NCBI RefSeq assembly: GCF_009914755.1
Contig: NC_060944.1
Origin: the human T2T-CHM13v2.0 reference genome, Homo sapiens
Direction: 5' to 3' (one strand)
Length of the DNA stretch: 64,000 bases
Made by a program: the position numbers and the translations under genes. Shown in pieces: positions 56,593 through 64,000 of this stretch (the stretch's first letter is position 1; each line of letters starts with the position of its first letter). The notes beneath the pieces are model-generated. The model saw only the letters and a list, made by a program, of their open reading frames with translations. It had not been told where the DNA came from and did no database searches.

Positions 56593-57982
56593 TTAAATAA
56601 ATAAATCACACACACACACAAACCACAAAAACACAAAAACACATCAAATGAAAATTGCAAACACTGAAATAACATAGGATTATCAAAGGTGTCCTGGCCC
56701 AATGGAATTAAGAATGACTGGTTTAGAATTTCACTCAGACTTTAAATCATGTTAGGGAATTAGGGCTTCCTAATGGAATTCACTTAGGGAATCTAATGTT
56801 TTCTATGTATGTCCCAGGATCAATTGAGGGTTGCTCTTAGTTTTCACCGTCATAATGGTGTATAACAGACGGGTTCACACCGTGTTTCCATAGTTTCCTT
56901 GCATGCTGGTATTCACAAAAATCTGTTTTGCTTCTTTGGGCCTTTTCTGTAATTTAATTTTTGTTGTTGTTCTGCATGTGTATTTAGTAATTAAGGGTGG
57001 GAAAAATTCATATTATTTAAAATTAATATGATGATAAATAGGTTTCTATAAGAAGACTCACCAAAAAAGTCTTTAAACGCAACTAAAATTTAAAATAAAA
57101 AGAAATAATAAGAGACTCCTGTCTGGCTGTTGAAACTTTAAGGCATCCTTTCTTTCTTAGAAATAGTAAGCTCCCAATAAGTAAATTTAAAAACTTTACC
57201 CTCCATTAAATCCTAAAACAGTGGAAGTGAATGATCCATCCCACAGTGTCATATTTCCGGAGGGGACAGTGATTATGAATGTCTCTTGGATCTGCACGCT
57301 CCATTAAACTCTGTTAGGGAGAATACTTTCAAGCTCCAAGAGACAATTAATTTCTTACAGGGAGTGGCATTCTTGAACGCACAACTGGGATTCTAATTAC
57401 GCTCGAGCAGAAAGTAATACTTTACAGGGCTGGGTAAAAACACTCATTCGGAAGTAAAGTTGGGGGGTCATAAAAACTGGGGATTACTTTAGTTAGTCAT
57501 TTGTAACAGGTAAAAGTTGTGTTTTAACTTCCTGGAGTTGGGCGGGGGAGGCAGAAGGGGCTATTTTAGGAGGAAGGAGAGTCCAGTTAACAAAAGGAAG
57601 GTCCTTATGAATTTTTCCAGGGCTGCAAATTCATAAATAACAACAGTATTTATTGTAAGAAGGACAGAACTTGAGGATTAACCTTTCCACACATCTGTAC
57701 TTAACCCATTGCCCCAGTAAAAGAGAGCCCATTGTTTGTTCAGTGTGTCAATCATTATTATAGAAAATGCACACACATCTCACCCAAAAGTTGGAAAGAA
57801 AACTTGGAAAACAGTCATCAAGCTTGAGGTAACTTGCATGGTCTAGCCCAGCGGTTCTAAGTGGGGGCGAGTCTGTCCTCCAGGGGACAGTTGGCACTGT
57901 CTGGAGACATTTTGGGTTCTCATAACTGGGGGGGCGCGACTGAGGGGTAGAGGCTAAAAATACTGCTAAACACTCTACATTT

Positions 57983-58315
<333 letters not shown>

Positions 58316-59208
58316 ACATTCTAAACACAGAATGCCCCTACAACAAATAATTCTCCACAACATGCCAGTGGTGCCAAGGTTGAGAAACCGAGGTCTAGTG
58401 CTTTGCTGGATGATATTGGCAGGGACTCTTTTCTTGCAATTCAATGTAACATAAATTCAGACCGACAACTCCTTTTCAGGCTGGGGCCTAGCCCATGACA
58501 CATAATTTTTTGGGGGGGAATTATTCAGATCCCAGGAGGACTCCCCAATAACCACAAAAACAATCATTTTTCTGTTCTCCAAGATCATTTGGAGGGCAAG
58601 AAACATATCCTTGGTCTCCACAATAGGCAACATACATCCCATCATTTAAGAAATAGCTTTACAAAGCATGGAAAAGAAGAAGATATTTAGTCCTTCTTTG
58701 GTAGGGAGGGTGTAGGGGAAATCAACACAAGTTTAAAGAGGAAGTTTGGCTTTGTAGTAATCTCGCTAATTGGAGTACGATTCTTTGAAAGTCTTGGATG
58801 GAGTTGAAGAGGGTCTGTGAAGTCTCTGGAAATTAAATGCAGAATGTAGTTTGTACGTGCAAAGGGCTGCAGCTTTCATCAGATTCTCAGTAGGATCTAT
58901 AACCCCCCAAAGATGAAGGACCACAAGTGCAAAGGGTTCCAAATATCAGTTGTGGCTACATGCACTGATTTTTTTTCTACATTTGAACAGGCCACACTTG
59001 CATGTGGTGAAAATAAAATCAGTCTGAAAGGGCAGCCTGAACAGTGATTCCTCACTTACCCTGAGCGTGCTGTTTAAGGTGGCGCCAAAAACTCAGTCAT
59101 CTGGATAACTGTTATTTCCATGCAACATTTTAAACATGCAAAACTAATGGAAATGAAAAAAGTTAATGAAAAAATGATGGTGAACAAAGTATCAACATTT
59201 TAAATAAA

Positions 59209-59509
59209 GGCCAGGCAAAGTGGCTGAAGTCGATAATCCCAACACTTAGGGAGGTCGAGGCAGGAGGATCACTTGAGCCCAGGAGTTTGAGACCAGCCTG
59301 GGCAACACTGCAAGACCCTGTCTCCACATAAAATAAACTAATAATAATAAATTAGCTGGGCATGGTGGCATGCATCTGTAGTCTCAGATACTTGGGAGGC
59401 TGAGGTGGGAGGATGGCTTGAGGCCAGGAGTTCAAGGTTGCAGTGAGCTAAGATGGTGTCACTGCACTTCAGCTTGGGCAACAAAGCGAGACTCTGTCTC
59501 TAAAATAAA
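59209..59509 (+). mobile_element. AluJ
   Basis: Full Alu. Confidence 0.9.
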
Positions 59510-59536
59510 ATGACATACTTAAATAAAAACAAGATC

Positions 59537-59825
59537 AGTCAGGTATGGTGGCTCATGCCAGTAATCCCAGCAATTTGGGAGGGTGACGCAAGAGGATTGC
59601 TTGAGCTCAGGAGTTCCAGACCTGCCTGGGCAACTAAGCGAGACCCTGTTTCTATAAAAAATACAAGCAAAATAGCCAGATGTGGCGGTGCACACCTGTA
59701 GTCCCAACTACTCAAGAGGCTGAGGTGGGAGGATCACTTGAGCCCGGGAGGTCGAGGCTGCAGTGAGCCAAGATCACACCACCACACTCCAGCCTGTGTT
59801 ACAGAGTAAGACCCTGTCTCAAAAC
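59537..59825 (+). mobile_element. AluJ
   Basis: Full Alu. Confidence 0.9.
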
Positions 59826-60246
59826 CGAAACCAAACTCCCCAAAACCCCCCAAATCAATATTACTGTTTGTTTCTTTTTGCCTCAAGCTCCAGTTAGGCT
59901 TGGGAGGATGGTGTTACTGACACAGGCTGTTGGAAGTTTCTTATGTATTTTTCCAGAGATATTCTATGCAAAGGTAAGCAAATATGTATCTATCTACTAC
60001 CTACATGTATGCTTTTTGTTACAGTATACACATCATTCTATATCTTGCCTTCTTCATTTAATATATCTTTGGAATTGTTCCATATAAAAATTTATATTCT
60101 ATGTTATATATTTGTGTTATAAATATACATTTCATATATTACAATTGTGCAAGAAAATCCACTTGTCTTCTTTTTTGAAGTGTGGCTATAACCAATTGCT
60201 TTATATCATCAAACTTCCTTCTGCAAAGCAGAGTTGTTTCCTTTAA

Positions 60247-60554
<308 letters not shown>

Positions 60555-61061
60555 TTAAAAATCCATTTCTCTAATGCTGGATGCTACATTTGTTTGCAAG
60601 CTCATATCATATTTTAAAAATCTCCAGGGAACTATACTTAATTAGTTCTCCATTTTAAAAAAGTGTACACCTCCTTTCCTCCCTCCCTCGAGTTGGTAAA
60701 GTGGCCAGAAATGGCCAGACTGACTTGGGGAGACTCCTGGGTAAACTGAGTGCCTTAGGAGGGCACGTTGGCCTCCTCGAGTTACTGGTCACTGCTAATT
60801 AGTTTAGAGAGTCTAAACCCTTCATAATCTCAAATTCCATTTTCAAAGAAAATGAGGCTTAAGTTGCCACAGATGCGAATGATGTCACAGAGAGACTTTA
60901 TGAGCTGCCGAAAATCATCTGATGCTGGTAAGGCAACATGAACCCACGACGTGGCCCTCTGCTAATAACATTTAGCCAACACAAGAACTGTACAGCTTCT
61001 CCCTTCTAGAGCTCAGGGGCCCCCAGTACATGCTGCAGAAAATGTGCATTTTATTGTTTCA

Positions 61062-61605
<544 letters not shown>

Positions 61606-62107
61606 AAGAAATTTGACCAGTACATTGTCACAGGGGAATTTCTTGATGCCAGTAAGGGCCGTGGTTTAACAGAGCTTCCTTTATGTATGTAAGTAAATGA
61701 AAAATTCTTTTATTGCTTTTCTGATGGACAAATTTACCATATACAATAATCCAGAAAATAGCTATAGAGGGCGAACTTTGTGCCTGGTATACTTCAAGGT
61801 CTGGGATATAAAGATGAAGAAGGCAAAACAAACAAATCAAGTGTTTCAAAATATGTTCCACAGAAAGGCAAGACTATAGTTCGCACTTGCCAGGGATAAT
61901 GACGGATTTCTCCAAATTTTCTTTTACCTTCAATGCAGATGCTAACATATGATTTTAAACATGTGGGGATTCTCAGTGTATATATGCATATACCTAAACA
62001 GATACACAGAGACTCCCAAGAACACCTGTGAGGGGAATGAGGATTTCCCAAATAAGTGACATAAAATATTCTTGTTTGCTTTTAATCTTTACACAGAGTT
62101 ATCCTTA

Positions 62108-63872
<1,765 letters not shown>

Positions 63873-64000
63873 TTACTCCTCACTGGAGGGTGACTAGGCT
63901 AGAAAATGAGATGAGTATTCAAAATATTGATCCCAAAGAGTTCCTATCCTTTGACGAATAAGTAAGAAAATGCATGTGAAAATGGAAAAAAAAAATTAAA

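Larger units (their letters stand above)
59072..59920 (+). mobile_element. MER96B-like hAT relic split by two AluJ
   Basis: tttaaggtggcgccaaaaactcagt..tgaacaaagtatcaacattttaaataaag. Confidence 0.6.

Overview
Primate (almost certainly human) non-coding euchromatic DNA. It carries about 80-85 Alu elements (roughly a third of the window; AluJ, AluS, AluY and monomers) on a background of MIR, L2, old L1M fragments, MaLR solo LTRs (THE1, MLT1) and DNA-transposon relics (MER20, MER1A, MER45A, MER96B, Tigger, Charlie/MER33). I see no protein-coding exon, CpG island, tRNA/rRNA gene, processed pseudogene or CRISPR array. The listed ORFs are repeat-derived or spurious. I cannot name the locus from sequence alone, and I found no new biological system. 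The most unusual structure is at 44.4-44.9 kb: a TSD-flanked Alu insertion whose 5' end carries a ~135-bp copy of sequence lying 18 kb downstream in this same window (62.72-62.85 kb), i.e. a locally templated chimeric retroinsertion. Several 1.2-3.3 kb repeat-poor islands are candidate enhancers or non-coding exons. Repeat boundaries are approximate (about +/-10-20 bp, more for old repeats), and subfamily names are by-eye calls from remembered consensus sequences.
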